Assembly: GCA_027492205.1 (NCBI GenBank)
Contig: JAOZFN010000005.1
Location: 32,001-96,000 of the forward strand
Direction of reading: 5' to 3'
Origin: Thermoproteota archaeon
Lineage (GTDB): Archaea; Korarchaeota; Korarchaeia; Korarchaeales; Korarchaeaceae
DNA: 64,000 nt
This document shows positions 44,794-54,888 of this stretch, one piece after another. The stretch's first letter is position 1. Each line of letters starts with the position of its first letter. A model generated the notes under the pieces. It was not told where the DNA came from. It worked only from the letters and a program-made list of their open reading frames with translations, and made no database searches. The translations under genes and the position numbers were made by a program.

Positions 44794-47700
44794 TTAGGCG
44801 TAGATCTCGGTCTTCCCCTCGGGGCCCTCCTCTCCAGACCCCCTGTGCTTTGGATGATACTTCGCGATTGTGGCGTCGCTTATCCTGGTGAGCTCGGCCT
44901 CCGGCAGCATGTCCAGCAGGTCCCAGGCTATCTCCAGAGTCTCCTCGATGGGCCTCCTCTCCCTGAAGCCCTGGGCCACGAACTCCCTCTCGAACCTGTC
45001 GGCGAACCTCAGGTAGGTCCTCTCCCTCTTGCTGAGGCCCGCCTCGCCTATGATCTGCACCAGCTCTCTCGCCTTGGTCCCCTCCCTGTAAGAGGCGTAG
45101 AGCTGGTTCGACACCTCCATGTGGTCCTCCCTCGTCTTGCCCCTCCCGACTCCGTCCTTCATCAGCCTGCTGAGGCTGGGGAGCACGTTGATCGGTGGGT
45201 AGATGCCCCTGTTGAACAGGTCGTAGTCCAGGAAGATCTGCCCCTCCGTGATGTATCCGGTGAGGTCGGGTATCGGGTGCGTCAGGTCGCCTCCTGGCAT
45301 TGTGAGGATCGGCATCAGCGTTATCGACCCCGCCTTGCCCTTGATCCTCCCCGCCCTCTCGTAGATGCTGGCGAGGTCGCTGTACATGTACCCCGGATAG
45401 CCCTTCCTGCTTGGCACCTCCTCCCTGGCCGCGCTGAGCTCTCGCAGGGCCTCACAATTTGAGGAGATTATCCCATTCTCGACGACCAGCGTGTGGGTTG
45501 GGATCACGGTAACGTCGTATACATAGTCCTCCTCGGGGGCCACGTACTCAACTCCTACCACCTCGTCGAGCAGGTAGTTCCCCTTCACCAAGTCTAGGAG
45601 CTTCCTATAGGCTGGATCATCCTTTTCCACAAAGTCAGCCATCTTCGTAATCCACTTCTCCAGGATGAATCTGCTCACCCTCCGGATTCCCCTTTCAACC
45701 TGGGACACGGTGCTGCTGGGCCCTACATCTTTTTCCCTCAGCCCATATCTAAGCCTAACTTCCCTCAGAAGCTTCCCGCATATCATGGGAGCTAAGTAGT
45801 GCTTGCACTCCCTCCTAACTCTTTGAGAACGTGCTAGACGAAGCAGCTGCTCCAACTTGATCCTCTTGTCGCTGTGAAGCGGTTTCAGCCACGAGGCGAG
45901 GGAAATTATGTCTCTACGCCCTCTCACCACCACGTCGTAGGTTTGGGATTTCCCGTACTGGGTCTCGGACTTGGGCCTGATCTGAATGGTGCTTGCCACA
46001 CCTAACCTCTTGAGCAAGAGCTGAATCCTCTTTGCCCTGACCTCGTCGCTGGTCGTGAATATGATGGCTGCCCTGCCCGTGGACACCTGCCCGTCTCCAT
46101 CCAGATAACCGGAGAGGAATGCGGCTATGAGCTTCTCTGGCAAGCCGATCAGCCTGACCAGACCCCCCTCCTCCAGACTCCTGAAGATAGAGGTCACTAC
46201 CTTGCTGTTGACTCTGGCTATGAGCGTCCCGTTTTGATTTCTATCCAGCCTTACCTCCACGCCTGGAAAGACCTTCTCCATCCTCCTGACGAACTCCTCC
46301 ACCAGCCTCTCATTCGAGTTGCTGAAGCTCACGTAATAGGATCCGGTTGACTTGTCCTCGAATACTGTGCCATCCGAGGCGACCCAGCCAAGCAGGAGGG
46401 CTAAGTCCTCGTTCACGGCTGAGGTTCCCAGGCCTATTCTCTTTTTGCCGCCAGCCGTTATGAACTCAATTTTCCTGCTCACTTCGCCTAGATCTAGACG
46501 AAGCTCCTGAACTACCCTGATCAACTCATCCAGCCTGAAAGATCTCTTGTCGAAGGAGTCGGAGACTCTCTCGTACTTCAGGTTCAATGCCGAGCTGCCG
46601 GACTTCAAGCTCCCAAACCTCTCCGCAAGCTTTGCCTCCATCGAGCGGTCTTTCATGTGGACGAAGAACTCATCTCCCCTCTCCGAGAGGAGCTCCAATA
46701 TGTGTGGTGCTCTTGATTTCACTTCTATCTTCCTTACGGAGTAGAGTTCCATCCCCTCCCTTATCTCCCCGGCTGGAATTAGCTCAGGTCCAGACTCACC
46801 GTCGACCAGAAGCTTGTGGTCTTCGGTCACTGTCAGCTCGGCTCCGGATCTGGTTCTTATCCTGATGAGCCTTTGTGGGGCGAGGACCTTTTCAACTGCG
46901 ACCAGCCTTCCCCGCCTAACCCCGTTCTCCCAAGAGAGAAGAGGTCCCACAGCTGAGGCGGCCCTAGATCTCTTTAGGAGGAGAAGGCCCCCTCCAGCCT
47001 CAACAGGCTGATACTCTCCCTCCTCAGATGCCAAGCGTTCTACCAGTTCTCTTATCTTCAGGATTGAGCCGTCATACATGATCACCTCGGTGTCTCCGCT
47101 AAAGCAGTAGTTGGTCATGTCCGTGAGTATGACCAGGACGTCCATGTCCAGGTCGAAGGCCAGGTACTCCGCCGCCGTGAGCGCCACCCTGGGGGTCATT
47201 ATCCTCTCTATCACCGGGTCGTTGGCCAGGTTCAGGAACAGGATGGACCTGCTGAGGGCGCCGAACTCCTCGAACTGCTTCCTGAAGTAGAGCACCTCGT
47301 CGTGCTTGAGCCCTATGGCCGCGAACACTATGGCGAACCTCTCCGCCTTGCCGGGAACCACGGCCTGCCTGGCGATCTGCGCGGCGACCTGGTTGTGAGG
47401 GAGCCCAGACTCGGAGAATATGGGGAGCTTCTGCCCCCTCACGAGGCTGAGCATCCCGTCGATCGCCGAGATGCCCGTCTCCACGAACTCGTCGGGGTAG
47501 TCCCTCATCGTGGGGTTTATGGGGGCCCCGTTGATGTCCCTGTGGTCCTCGGCCCTAACCGGCGGCCCCCCGTCGATGGGCACGCCGGAGCCGCTGAAGA
47601 CCCTGCCGAGCATTTCCTCGGCGACGGGGAGCTTGAGCGTCTCTCCGGTGAACTTGACGATGACGCCGGAGTCTATGCCCTCGGTGTCTCCGAGGACCTG

Positions 47701-47874
47701 GATCACCGTGGCCTCCCTGCCCGCCTCCAGGACCTGGCCCACCCACTCCCTGCCTTCCTCTGAGAATATCCTGACGACCTCGCCAAATCGGGCCTCGGGA
47801 ACGCCCTCCATAAACAGGAGAGGCCCTTTGACCAGCCGGATGCCCTTCCTGGCGGAGCCGTAGATTAACGCCAT
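44794..47874 (-). CDS. atpB: A/V-type ATP synthase subunit B, contains a 550-aa intein
   Basis: [48 protein letters not shown]|[29 protein letters not shown]; exteins total 476 aa. Confidence 0.97.
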   Translation of the reverse strand: MALIYGSARKGIRLVKGPLLFMEGVPEARFGEVVRIFSEEGREWVGQVLEAGREATVIQVLGDTEGIDSGVIVKFTGETLKLPVAEEMLGRVFSGSGVPIDGGPPVRAEDHRDINGAPINPTMRDYPDEFVETGISAIDGMLSLVRGQKLPIFSESGLPHNQVAAQIARQAVVPGKAERFAIVFAAIGLKHDEVLYFRKQFEEFGALSRSILFLNLANDPVIERIMTPRVALTAAEYLAFDLDMDVLVILTDMTNYCFSGDTEVIMYDGSILKIRELVERLASEEGEYQPVEAGGGLLLLKRSRAASAVGPLLSWENGVRRGRLVAVEKVLAPQRLIRIRTRSGAELTVTEDHKLLVDGESGPELIPAGEIREGMELYSVRKIEVKSRAPHILELLSERGDEFFVHMKDRSMEAKLAERFGSLKSGSSALNLKYERVSDSFDKRSFRLDELIRVVQELRLDLGEVSRKIEFITAGGKKRIGLGTSAVNEDLALLLGWVASDGTVFEDKSTGSYYVSFSNSNERLVEEFVRRMEKVFPGVEVRLDRNQNGTLIARVNSKVVTSIFRSLEEGGLVRLIGLPEKLIAAFLSGYLDGDGQVSTGRAAIIFTTSDEVRAKRIQLLLKRLGVASTIQIRPKSETQYGKSQTYDVVVRGRRDIISLASWLKPLHSDKRIKLEQLLRLARSQRVRRECKHYLAPMICGKLLREVRLRYGLREKDVGPSSTVSQVERGIRRVSRFILEKWITKMADFVEKDDPAYRKLLDLVKGNYLLDEVVGVEYVAPEEDYVYDVTVIPTHTLVVENGIISSNCEALRELSAAREEVPSRKGYPGYMYSDLASIYERAGRIKGKAGSITLMPILTMPGGDLTHPIPDLTGYITEGQIFLDYDLFNRGIYPPINVLPSLSRLMKDGVGRGKTREDHMEVSNQLYASYREGTKARELVQIIGEAGLSKRERTYLRFADRFEREFVAQGFRERRPIEETLEIAWDLLDMLPEAELTRISDATIAKYHPKHRGSGEEGPEGKTEIYA
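45457..47106 (-). mobile_element. intein with intact LAGLIDADG homing endonuclease and HTH, in AtpB
   Basis: NY|CFSGDT...TEDH...[10 protein letters not shown]...[10 protein letters not shown]...[23 protein letters not shown]|CEAL; penultimate Ser instead of His; visibly more AT-rich than its exteins. Confidence 0.95.
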
Positions 47875-47877
47875 TCC

Positions 47878-49662
47878 TCACCTCACCTCCGCCATCAGCA
47901 TGCTGGCCTCGGTCTCGAGCTTGGTGAGCGCCTCCTTGAGCGCCTCCTCGAACTCGTCCTCAGGGACGAACTTGAGCCTCATCAGGAGGCCCACAGAACT
48001 CATCTCCCTGATGGAGGACATGGGAACTCCTGCCTCGACCAGAGGCCTGGCGCGGTCGTAGAACTCGACGAGGGCCTTTAGCAGCATGGCCTGCTTCTTC
48101 GGGGAGCAGTAGGTGTCAACCTCGTGGTAGGCGTTCTGCACGAGGAAGCCCTCCCTGATCATCTCGGCGGCTAGCAGTACGAGCCTGTTCTCGTCGCTCA
48201 GGGCGGCCTCTCCGACGACCCTCGCCACCTCCTCCAGGCTGGAGGCCTTCTGCAGGATCTCCATGGCGCGCTCTCTGTACTCCATCATGTCGTAGCCGGT
48301 GTTCTCCATCCACCAGTACTTGAGCTCCGCCGCGTACTTAGAGAAGCTCTTGAGCCAGTTTATGGCCGGGAAGTGTCTCTTGAACGCGAGATCCTTGTCC
48401 AAGGCCCAGAAGGCGCCCACGAACCTCATGGTGTGCTGGGTCACGGGCTCGTTGAGGTCCCCGCCAGAGGGGCTGACCGCGCCGATCACGGCGACTGAGC
48501 CCATCTCCTCTCTCCTGCCCAGAACCTTGATCCTCCCCGCCCTCTCGTAGAAGGAGGCGATGTAGTCCGGCAGATAGGCGGGGAACCCCCTCTCCGACGG
48601 GATCTCCTCCAGCCTGGACGAGAGCTCCCTCAGCGCCTCGGCCCACCTGCTGGTGGAGTCGGCCGTGAGCACCACGTCGAGGCCCATGTCCCTGTAGTAC
48701 TCCGCGTACGTTATGCCGATGAAGATGCTGGCCTCCCTCGCGGGCACGGGCATGTTGCTGGTGTTGGCGATGAGCACGCTCCTCTCAAGCAGGGGCCTCC
48801 CAGTCTTGGGGTCGGTGAGCTTCGGGAAGTGCTGGAGCAGGTCCGTCATCTCGTTTCCGCGCTCTCCGCACCCGACGTAGACCACGACGTCGGCGTCGGC
48901 CCACTTGGAGACCTGGTGAAGGGTCACGGTCTTCCCCGTCCCGAAGCCTCCAGGAATCGCGGAGGCCCCTCCCTTCACTATCGGGAAGAACGTGTCTATG
49001 ACCCTCTGGCCCGTCACCAGGAGCATCGTAGGCTCCAGCTTCTCCTCGAATGGCCTGGGCATCCTCACGGGCCACTTGTGGTACAGCTTGATCTCCTGTC
49101 GAACGCCTCCAGCCGACTCGACGACCGCAATGACCTCCTCAACCGTGTAGTCGCCCTCCGGGGCCATCTCCACGATTCGACCCGGCTGGGCGTTGGGGGG
49201 GACCATGATCTTGTGGGTCACCGCGCCCTCGGGAACCGTGCCGAGCACGTCCCCGGGCACGACCCTCTCGCCCACCTCGACGGTGGGCTTGAAGTGCCAC
49301 TTGACGTCGCGCGGGAGGGTGGGGAGCTTTACCCCCCTGGTGATGAAGGGCCCCGTCATCTCAGCTATCTTGGGAAGGGGCCTGCCGAGCCCGTCAAGCA
49401 CCTGACCGAGCAGGCCTGGGCCCAGCTCAGCAGACAGGGGCTCTCCAGTCCTTTCAACAGGCTCTCCAGGTCTCATCCCCTCGGTGGGCTCGTAGACTTG
49501 TATGACGGCCCTGTCACCCTCTATCCTGACGATCTCACCTATGAGCTTCTCCTCGCCCACGAGAACTATCTCCCTGATCCGGGCCCCCTTCATTCCATCC
49601 GCGACGACTATGGGGCCCTTGATGTGGGAAACGACTCCGGTAACCTCCTGCTCAACTGCCAA
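47878..49662 (-). CDS. atpA: A/V-type ATP synthase subunit A (catalytic), intein-free
   Basis: GGFGTGKT, YVGCGERGNEM, ANTSNMPV.AREAS, ADSTSRWAEALRE, FPAINWL.S. Confidence 0.97.
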   Translation of the reverse strand: MAVEQEVTGVVSHIKGPIVVADGMKGARIREIVLVGEEKLIGEIVRIEGDRAVIQVYEPTEGMRPGEPVERTGEPLSAELGPGLLGQVLDGLGRPLPKIAEMTGPFITRGVKLPTLPRDVKWHFKPTVEVGERVVPGDVLGTVPEGAVTHKIMVPPNAQPGRIVEMAPEGDYTVEEVIAVVESAGGVRQEIKLYHKWPVRMPRPFEEKLEPTMLLVTGQRVIDTFFPIVKGGASAIPGGFGTGKTVTLHQVSKWADADVVVYVGCGERGNEMTDLLQHFPKLTDPKTGRPLLERSVLIANTSNMPVPAREASIFIGITYAEYYRDMGLDVVLTADSTSRWAEALRELSSRLEEIPSERGFPAYLPDYIASFYERAGRIKVLGRREEMGSVAVIGAVSPSGGDLNEPVTQHTMRFVGAFWALDKDLAFKRHFPAINWLKSFSKYAAELKYWWMENTGYDMMEYRERAMEILQKASSLEEVARVVGEAALSDENRLVLLAAEMIREGFLVQNAYHEVDTYCSPKKQAMLLKALVEFYDRARPLVEAGVPMSSIREMSSVGLLMRLKFVPEDEFEEALKEALTKLETEASMLMAEVR

Positions 49663-49668
49663 TCAGCC

Positions 49669-50301
49669 TCACCTCCCAAACAACAAGTCAGCGATCTCGT
49701 GGAACTTCTCCTCCTGGACGCGCCTTAGCCTGCCCTCGATGGTGTTGTAGAACCTCTTCTTATCCTGGGGATCCCTCGCCACGACCCCTCCCACGATCCT
49801 CAGCGTCGTCTCGTCCACCCTCACGGCGACTCCGAGCTTCTTGGAGAGATCCGCCGCGATCTCCCCGAGGATCTCCCTGTCAGCCTCCCTCCCTATCAGG
49901 TACACCTCCGCCCCTCCAACTCCCCGCACCGCCTCCTCTGCCAGGCTCGCCAGCACCTCGCGGTAGTCCACGCCGGGGTACTTCCCCGCGACGACCTCGT
50001 TCAGGGCGTCCTTGGCCCGGTCTATGGCCTCTTGGACGTACCTCGTCTCCACTTCCATGAGGATCTTCCTGGCGTCCACCTCGGCCGCGCTTCGCTTCCT
50101 CTCGATCTCCTCCTCCATCTCCCTTAGTGCCCTCGCCCTCCTCGCCTCGATTATTCTCTCCGCTTCCCTTCTGGCCTCCTCGACTATCTCCTCTGCCCTC
50201 TTCTTGGCCTCCTGGACCTTCTCCTCCGCGCGCCTCCTGGCAAGCTCCAGGAGCGCGGCCATCACGGCGTCCTCTTCCGCGACCTCACCCGCCACCCCCA
50301 A
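49669..50301 (-). CDS. atpE: A/V-type ATP synthase subunit E (start approximate)
   Basis: N-terminal Glu/Ala/Arg coiled coil, C-terminal GGVV...YNTIEGRL. Confidence 0.88.
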   Translation of the reverse strand: MGVAGEVAEEDAVMAALLELARRRAEEKVQEAKKRAEEIVEEARREAERIIEARRARALREMEEEIERKRSAAEVDARKILMEVETRYVQEAIDRAKDALNEVVAGKYPGVDYREVLASLAEEAVRGVGGAEVYLIGREADREILGEIAADLSKKLGVAVRVDETTLRIVGGVVARDPQDKKRFYNTIEGRLRRVQEEKFHEIADLLFGR

Positions 50302-50584
50302 GCACCTCCCTCACTATGAACTCGACCGCCCTCTCCATGTTCGTCTTTGCCTTCCTCTCCATCTCCTCGGCCTGCTTCTTAGCCTTCTCAAGGATCCCCC
50401 GTATCTCATTCTCGACGTCTGCCCTGACCTCGACCTCTATCTTGGCCTCCCTCGCCTCCTTTAGGATCCGGTCGCGCTCCTCCTCCGCCTCCCTGAGTAT
50501 CCTCTCCGCCTCCCTCTCGGCCTCCTCCAGGATTCGCTTTGCCTCCTCCTCGGTTCGAAGGACGACCTCAATCAGTCTAGGCAT
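50285..50584 (-). CDS. atpH: A/V-type ATP synthase subunit H/G (peripheral stalk)
   Basis: EEEAKRILEEAEREAERIL 11-residue repeats, C-terminal AVEFIV; position in the operon. Confidence 0.8.
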   Translation of the reverse strand: MPRLIEVVLRTEEEAKRILEEAEREAERILREAEEERDRILKEAREAKIEVEVRADVENEIRGILEKAKKQAEEMERKAKTNMERAVEFIVREVLGGGG

Positions 50585-50599
50585 TCCCCACCCCTCCTC

Positions 50600-50950
50600 T
50601 CAGATCTTGAGCTCCTCGGTGCCGAGGGCCCTCAGAAGGAGCTGACGGAGCTGGCGTAGCCTAACCCCCCTCGGCTTCTCCAGGTCAGGCACAACGGCAA
50701 AAACAGGTTTGATCTTACCTTTCCGGAGCATGTCGGACCTGTAAGACTCTATCTCCTCGAAGACCCTCTCGTTGACGAACACGACGTGCGGAAGCGATCT
50801 CTCCCGCTCTCTGAAGAACTCGAGGAGCTTCCGCCTTCCCCTCAGGACCACCGCCTTCACTCCCACCATCTCGAAGCCGAGAGCCAGTATCTCGTTGTCC
50901 ACCACTGCCAGCGGTATCTCCTCCGTCCTGCCCTCGCTCAACGCCGACAC
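50600..50950 (-). CDS. atpF: A/V-type ATP synthase subunit F
   Basis: AVVD....LGFEMVGV, P.FAVVP, L.RALG. Confidence 0.82.
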   Translation of the reverse strand: MSALSEGRTEEIPLAVVDNEILALGFEMVGVKAVVLRGRRKLLEFFRERERSLPHVVFVNERVFEEIESYRSDMLRKGKIKPVFAVVPDLEKPRGVRLRQLRQLLLRALGTEELKI

Positions 50951-50987
50951 CCGACCGGACTCAGCGCGCCCCCGGCTGCCCCTAACC

Positions 50988-51016
50988 TATATAAGTGCGG
51001 TCAGGGCCCTGACCGC
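50988..51016. promoter_or_regulatory. TATA box (TATATAAG, possibly bidirectional) followed by perfect 20-bp palindrome GCGGTCAGGGCCCTGACCGC
   Basis: Direct reading; lies between divergent atpF and tRNA-Leu. Confidence 0.65.
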
Positions 51017-51018
51017 GG

Positions 51019-51106
51019 GCGGGGGTGGCCGAGCCAGGTCAAAGGCGGCGGACTTAAGATCCGCTCCCTAAGGGGTTCGTGGGTTCGAATCCCACCCCCC
51101 GCACCA
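51019..51106 (+). tRNA. tRNA-Leu(TAA), CCA encoded
   Basis: GCGGGGGTGGCCGAGCCAGGTCAAAGGCGGCGGACTTAAGATCCGC, variable arm, GTTCGAATCCCACCCCCCGCACCA. Confidence 0.96.
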
Positions 51107-51144
51107 GGCCCCGCCGCCTCTCCCCCACCCGGAGGTTCTCAGAG

Positions 51145-51708
51145 TTGCCGGTCGAGGAGGAGGCAAAGCTGAGGGTGTCTCACGGGGAGTTTCTCGAGGC
51201 CCTGAGACGCGCGGGCGTGTCCTTTCGCCTGGGGAAGCCTGTTGAGCAGGTCGACACGTTCTACGACTACCCAGACCGCAGGCTGACCAGCAGGGGGGTC
51301 GCCCTGAGGATTCGCAGGTCGGGAGGTGGAGTCGTCATTACCTTCAAGGGCCCCACGAGCTTCGAGGGGGGTGTTAAGTCGCGGGTCGAGCTGGAGGGCC
51401 CTCCAGGAAGTGCCGAGGCCGCCAGGGCCTTGGAGGCCGCGGGTCTAAACCCGACGTCGGATCCGGAGAGGGCGATAGTCTCCGGGGGCCTGACCCCCCT
51501 GGTGGTCGTGAGGAAGGTCAGGGTGCCCGTCAGACTCGAGGGCCTCAGGTCTAGGGCCTACCTCGACAGGGTCGACGGCCTGGGTGAGTTCGTGGAGGTA
51601 GAGGGGCCGGCGGATGAGGTCAGGGACCTGCTCCGCCGGCTCGGCCTTGATGAAAGGGCCGTCCCTCAGACCTACGCCGAGATGCTCGCCAAGCTCAGGC
51701 GCCGCTGA
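51145..51708 (+). CDS. cyaB: CYTH-domain triphosphate tunnel metalloenzyme (class IV adenylate cyclase family)
   Basis: EEEAK, QVDTFY, LRIR, TFKGP, KSRVELE, VRK.R, LDRVDGLGEFVEVE; likely start TTG 51145. Confidence 0.88.
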   Translation: MPVEEEAKLRVSHGEFLEALRRAGVSFRLGKPVEQVDTFYDYPDRRLTSRGVALRIRRSGGGVVITFKGPTSFEGGVKSRVELEGPPGSAEAARALEAAGLNPTSDPERAIVSGGLTPLVVVRKVRVPVRLEGLRSRAYLDRVDGLGEFVEVEGPADEVRDLLRRLGLDERAVPQTYAEMLAKLRRR

Positions 51709-53032
51709 GGAAGGACTCCACTCCACCCTTCTCCATGAGCCTAAGAGCCGCCTCCTCGGCTCTTTTGACGATCTCCCAGGAGTCGGCCGTCACGAGTTCG
51801 CCGTCCTCTATGGAGAGCTTCCCGCCGACGAACACGTGGGTGACATCCGTGGACCTGGCCGCGTAGACGATGTGCGAGACTATCGAGTGAAGAGGCCTCC
51901 ACCACGGCGACTCGGTCGCGACCAGCACAATGTCCGCCAGCTTGCCGGGCTCGATCGACCCCACGTTCAGGCCGAGGGCTCTGGCCGGGAGGATCGTGGC
52001 CATATCCAAGACCTCTTGTGCGGAGACCACCCTCGGGTCGCCGGTGTACCCCTTGTGAATCAGGGCCGCGACCTTCATGGTCTCAAACATGTCTAGGCAG
52101 TTGTTGCTCCCGGCTCCGTCCGTGCCCAGGCCGACAAGCACGCCCTGCCTCAGGTAGTCAGGGACCGGGGCGAATCCGGCGCCGCACTTCATGTTGCTAA
52201 TCGGGTTGTGGGCGACGAGCACTCCGCGCTCCTTCAAGATCCGGATCTCGCCGTCCCGCGGGTGGACCACGTGGGCCGCGATGACCCTGTTACCCTCAAA
52301 CAGCCCGAGCGACTCGACGTGCCTCACGGGGGTCTTCCCATAGTCCTTCGTCACCCTCTCGACCTCGGACCTGTCCTCGGCCAGGTGGATCTGCAGCGGG
52401 ACCTCGAGCTCCCTCGCCGCTTCTGCTGAGGCTCTCAAGAGGTCCGGCTCGACCGAGTATGGGGCGTGCGGCCCCAGCGAGGGAGTTATGAGCTCGTGCC
52501 TGCCCTTCCACCTCTTGACGAACTCCTTCGCGTACTCAAAGGCCTTCCAGCCGTCCCGCACGACCGGGCTCCCGAATCCGATGTAGCTCTCCGCGAGGAC
52601 GGCACGGATGTTCAGCCTGATGGCCTCCTCGGCTATGGCGTCCTCGAAGAAGTACATGTCTGCGAAGGTGGTCGTCCCGGTCCTGAGGGCCTCGTACATC
52701 CCCAGCGCTGCCCCGGCGGCGACCTCCTCGGCGGTCAGGTGCGCCTCCATGGGCCATATCTTCTCTTGGAGCCAGGTCATCAGGTCTAGGTCGTCGGCGA
52801 CCCCCCTGAACAGGGTCATGGGTATGTGGGTGTGCGCGTTGATGAGCCCTGGGATTGCGACCTTCCCCCTCCCGTCGACGACCACGTCGGCGCCGCCGGG
52901 GAGGTCGCGCCCGACCGCGGCTATCTTGCTCCCCTCGATGAGAATGTCCACGTCTCGCAGGACTCTCCTCTTCTCGTCCTGAGTGACCACCGCCGTGAGA
53001 CCCCTGATCAAGACCCTCTCCAAGTCGGTCAC
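51695..53032 (-). CDS. mtaD: amidohydrolase, 5-methylthioadenosine/SAH deaminase family (likely start GTG 53032)
   Basis: PGLINAHTH, WLQEKIWPME, GTTTFADMY, PHAPY, HLAE, HNPISNMK, GTDG..SNN. Confidence 0.85.
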   Translation of the reverse strand: MTDLERVLIRGLTAVVTQDEKRRVLRDVDILIEGSKIAAVGRDLPGGADVVVDGRGKVAIPGLINAHTHIPMTLFRGVADDLDLMTWLQEKIWPMEAHLTAEEVAAGAALGMYEALRTGTTTFADMYFFEDAIAEEAIRLNIRAVLAESYIGFGSPVVRDGWKAFEYAKEFVKRWKGRHELITPSLGPHAPYSVEPDLLRASAEAARELEVPLQIHLAEDRSEVERVTKDYGKTPVRHVESLGLFEGNRVIAAHVVHPRDGEIRILKERGVLVAHNPISNMKCGAGFAPVPDYLRQGVLVGLGTDGAGSNNCLDMFETMKVAALIHKGYTGDPRVVSAQEVLDMATILPARALGLNVGSIEPGKLADIVLVATESPWWRPLHSIVSHIVYAARSTDVTHVFVGGKLSIEDGELVTADSWEIVKRAEEAALRLMEKGGVESFLSGA

Positions 53033-53076
53033 CCGCGGCAGCCGTCCGGTGAAACTAATTAATTCGGAACGGCGGA

Positions 53077-54879
53077 GTGCTGATCGTGGCAAGGAAGATC
53101 CACGTGGCGCTGGCGGCGCTCCTCCTTGGGGTCCTGTTCGTCACTCCCCACTCGGCGGTCTCAGAGGCCGCGACCAACCAGGGACACTTCACCTACGAGT
53201 TCACAGTCCACGAGAACGGCACAGTATCCCTGGTGGCGAGGTTCACATCCGATGCGCCGGGGAGGGCCTGGATAATGGTCCCCAAGTTCAGGGAGTACTC
53301 CCTGTCCCGGCAGGGGGTCACCTCAACAAGCCTACAGCGAGACACGGCCTACTACTTCTACAGCAATCTCTCTTTCGAGTTCGAGGCCGGCGCCTTGCTG
53401 GAGATGAGCTATAGCTACAGGTTCGGCTCGTTCATAGTTGAACCTAACGGGGTCTTCTTCTCCACGCTCGTGGGGTACGACCCGAGCTATCCCGGCCAGG
53501 TAATCGTCCGGATGCCCGCCAGCTTCGAGGTGGAGACCTCGTTCGTCGACGGAGTGGAGAAGTCCCCCGACTCGCAGGAGGCCTCCGGTGATCGACTCTC
53601 GCTTACCTTCGAGATACCGCCTGAATCCGACATCGGCCACAGGGTGATGGTGGTCTTCAAGACGACCGAGGAGCCCGAGTTGGTCAACCTCACCGCCGGA
53701 GCCCTGACGATAACCACGCCCAAGAGGTACGTTGACGTGGCCGAGAACGTCACCGAGATCTACCTGAAGTTCCAGCCGGCCGTCTCGGATGTGACGGACA
53801 TGCCGGAGATCCCCATATCAATGAAGTTCTTCATTCCCTCGGATCCCGAGGAGATCGCCGTCCTCGGCTTCACCAGCGTGTCCAGCCCCGCCATGCTGAT
53901 GGAGGACGTGATCACTCCGGGCAAGGTGTCGCTGAACCTCATGCTGGTGAGGTACCCGGAGAGCTACCTGCCGGAAACCCTCGTCCACGAGCTCCTTCAC
54001 CAGTACATGCTGCGGGCAGGCCTATCCACAGAGCTCAGGTGGGCGCACGAGGGGCTCGCCCAGTACCTAAGCTACCTCATTCTCCGAGAGAACGGGTACC
54101 CGGACGCGGGTCGGGAGGACATCAACCTGTCCAGGCTCGTGTTTCAGGAGATTCGAAACCTGGGGTTCCTGCAGGACTGGAGGGGCGGCGGATCTCCGCC
54201 CGACGTCGCGACCTACTACTTGGCGAGCCTCTACATCTTCTCAGATCTGGGCGATAGGTACGGCGGGCTCGACTTCTACAAGCGATTCTTCTCCGAGATC
54301 CGCTCTGACGGCGCCGAGGTGGACGAGATCGGTGAGCTGGTCTACTACCTGAGCAAGGCTGCCGGGGAGGATCTGACCGATTACTTTGCTGCGATGGGCT
54401 TCAACATCCCCCTCCAACCGATGACCATGGGTGATCCCATAGAATCCCGGGCCCGATTCGTGATGGCGCTCCTCAACGGAACCCGCCCGCTGAACCCACT
54501 CGCCCCCCAAGTGGAGGATCTGGTGGAGGCCGCGAAGGGGTACCGGCTGACCGGCGACTTCCTGTCGGCGTACAGGGCGCTGGACGAGGCTCTTGCCCTC
54601 TCCCTACTGGGCCCGCTGATCCCCCTCGCGCTCCTTGTGGCCTCGGTGACGGCCCTGTCGAGCTTGTCCCTCAGGCGGCCCCTCAGCGAGGACCTCGAGA
54701 CGCGGGAGCTGGAGGCCAGGCTAGCTGCCCTGCTGTTTGAGGAGCCCGTGGAGCGCTGGCAGCTGGTTGCCGAGGTGGTGAGGATGTCCAAAAAGAGAGA
54801 GTACGAGGAGGCGCTCCGTGAGGCCCTCCAGAGAGCAGAACTCGGGTACCTGGGGTTCGAGGACGGCGAGGCCGCCTGA
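53077..54879 (+). CDS. secreted, membrane-anchored gluzincin (M1/MA-like) zinc metallopeptidase
   Basis: Signal peptide, HELLH...WAHEGLAQY, downstream YY, C-terminal TM helix plus cytoplasmic tail. Confidence 0.85.
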   Translation: MLIVARKIHVALAALLLGVLFVTPHSAVSEAATNQGHFTYEFTVHENGTVSLVARFTSDAPGRAWIMVPKFREYSLSRQGVTSTSLQRDTAYYFYSNLSFEFEAGALLEMSYSYRFGSFIVEPNGVFFSTLVGYDPSYPGQVIVRMPASFEVETSFVDGVEKSPDSQEASGDRLSLTFEIPPESDIGHRVMVVFKTTEEPELVNLTAGALTITTPKRYVDVAENVTEIYLKFQPAVSDVTDMPEIPISMKFFIPSDPEEIAVLGFTSVSSPAMLMEDVITPGKVSLNLMLVRYPESYLPETLVHELLHQYMLRAGLSTELRWAHEGLAQYLSYLILRENGYPDAGREDINLSRLVFQEIRNLGFLQDWRGGGSPPDVATYYLASLYIFSDLGDRYGGLDFYKRFFSEIRSDGAEVDEIGELVYYLSKAAGEDLTDYFAAMGFNIPLQPMTMGDPIESRARFVMALLNGTRPLNPLAPQVEDLVEAAKGYRLTGDFLSAYRALDEALALSLLGPLIPLALLVASVTALSSLSLRRPLSEDLETRELEARLAALLFEEPVERWQLVAEVVRMSKKREYEEALREALQRAELGYLGFEDGEAA

Positions 54880-54888
54880 GGCTCTCCC

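Noticed and set aside
50285-50584. Repetitive CTC/CCT-rich DNA resembling a tandem repeat
   Set aside because: Explained by the Glu/Ala/Arg 11-residue coiled-coil repeats of ATP synthase subunits H and E
51695-53032. Amidohydrolase as the enzyme for the hypothetical C33-to-U tRNA editing
   Set aside because: MtaD-type TIM-barrel nucleoside deaminase; known tRNA editors use the CDA fold (HxE/PCxxC), which is not seen in this window
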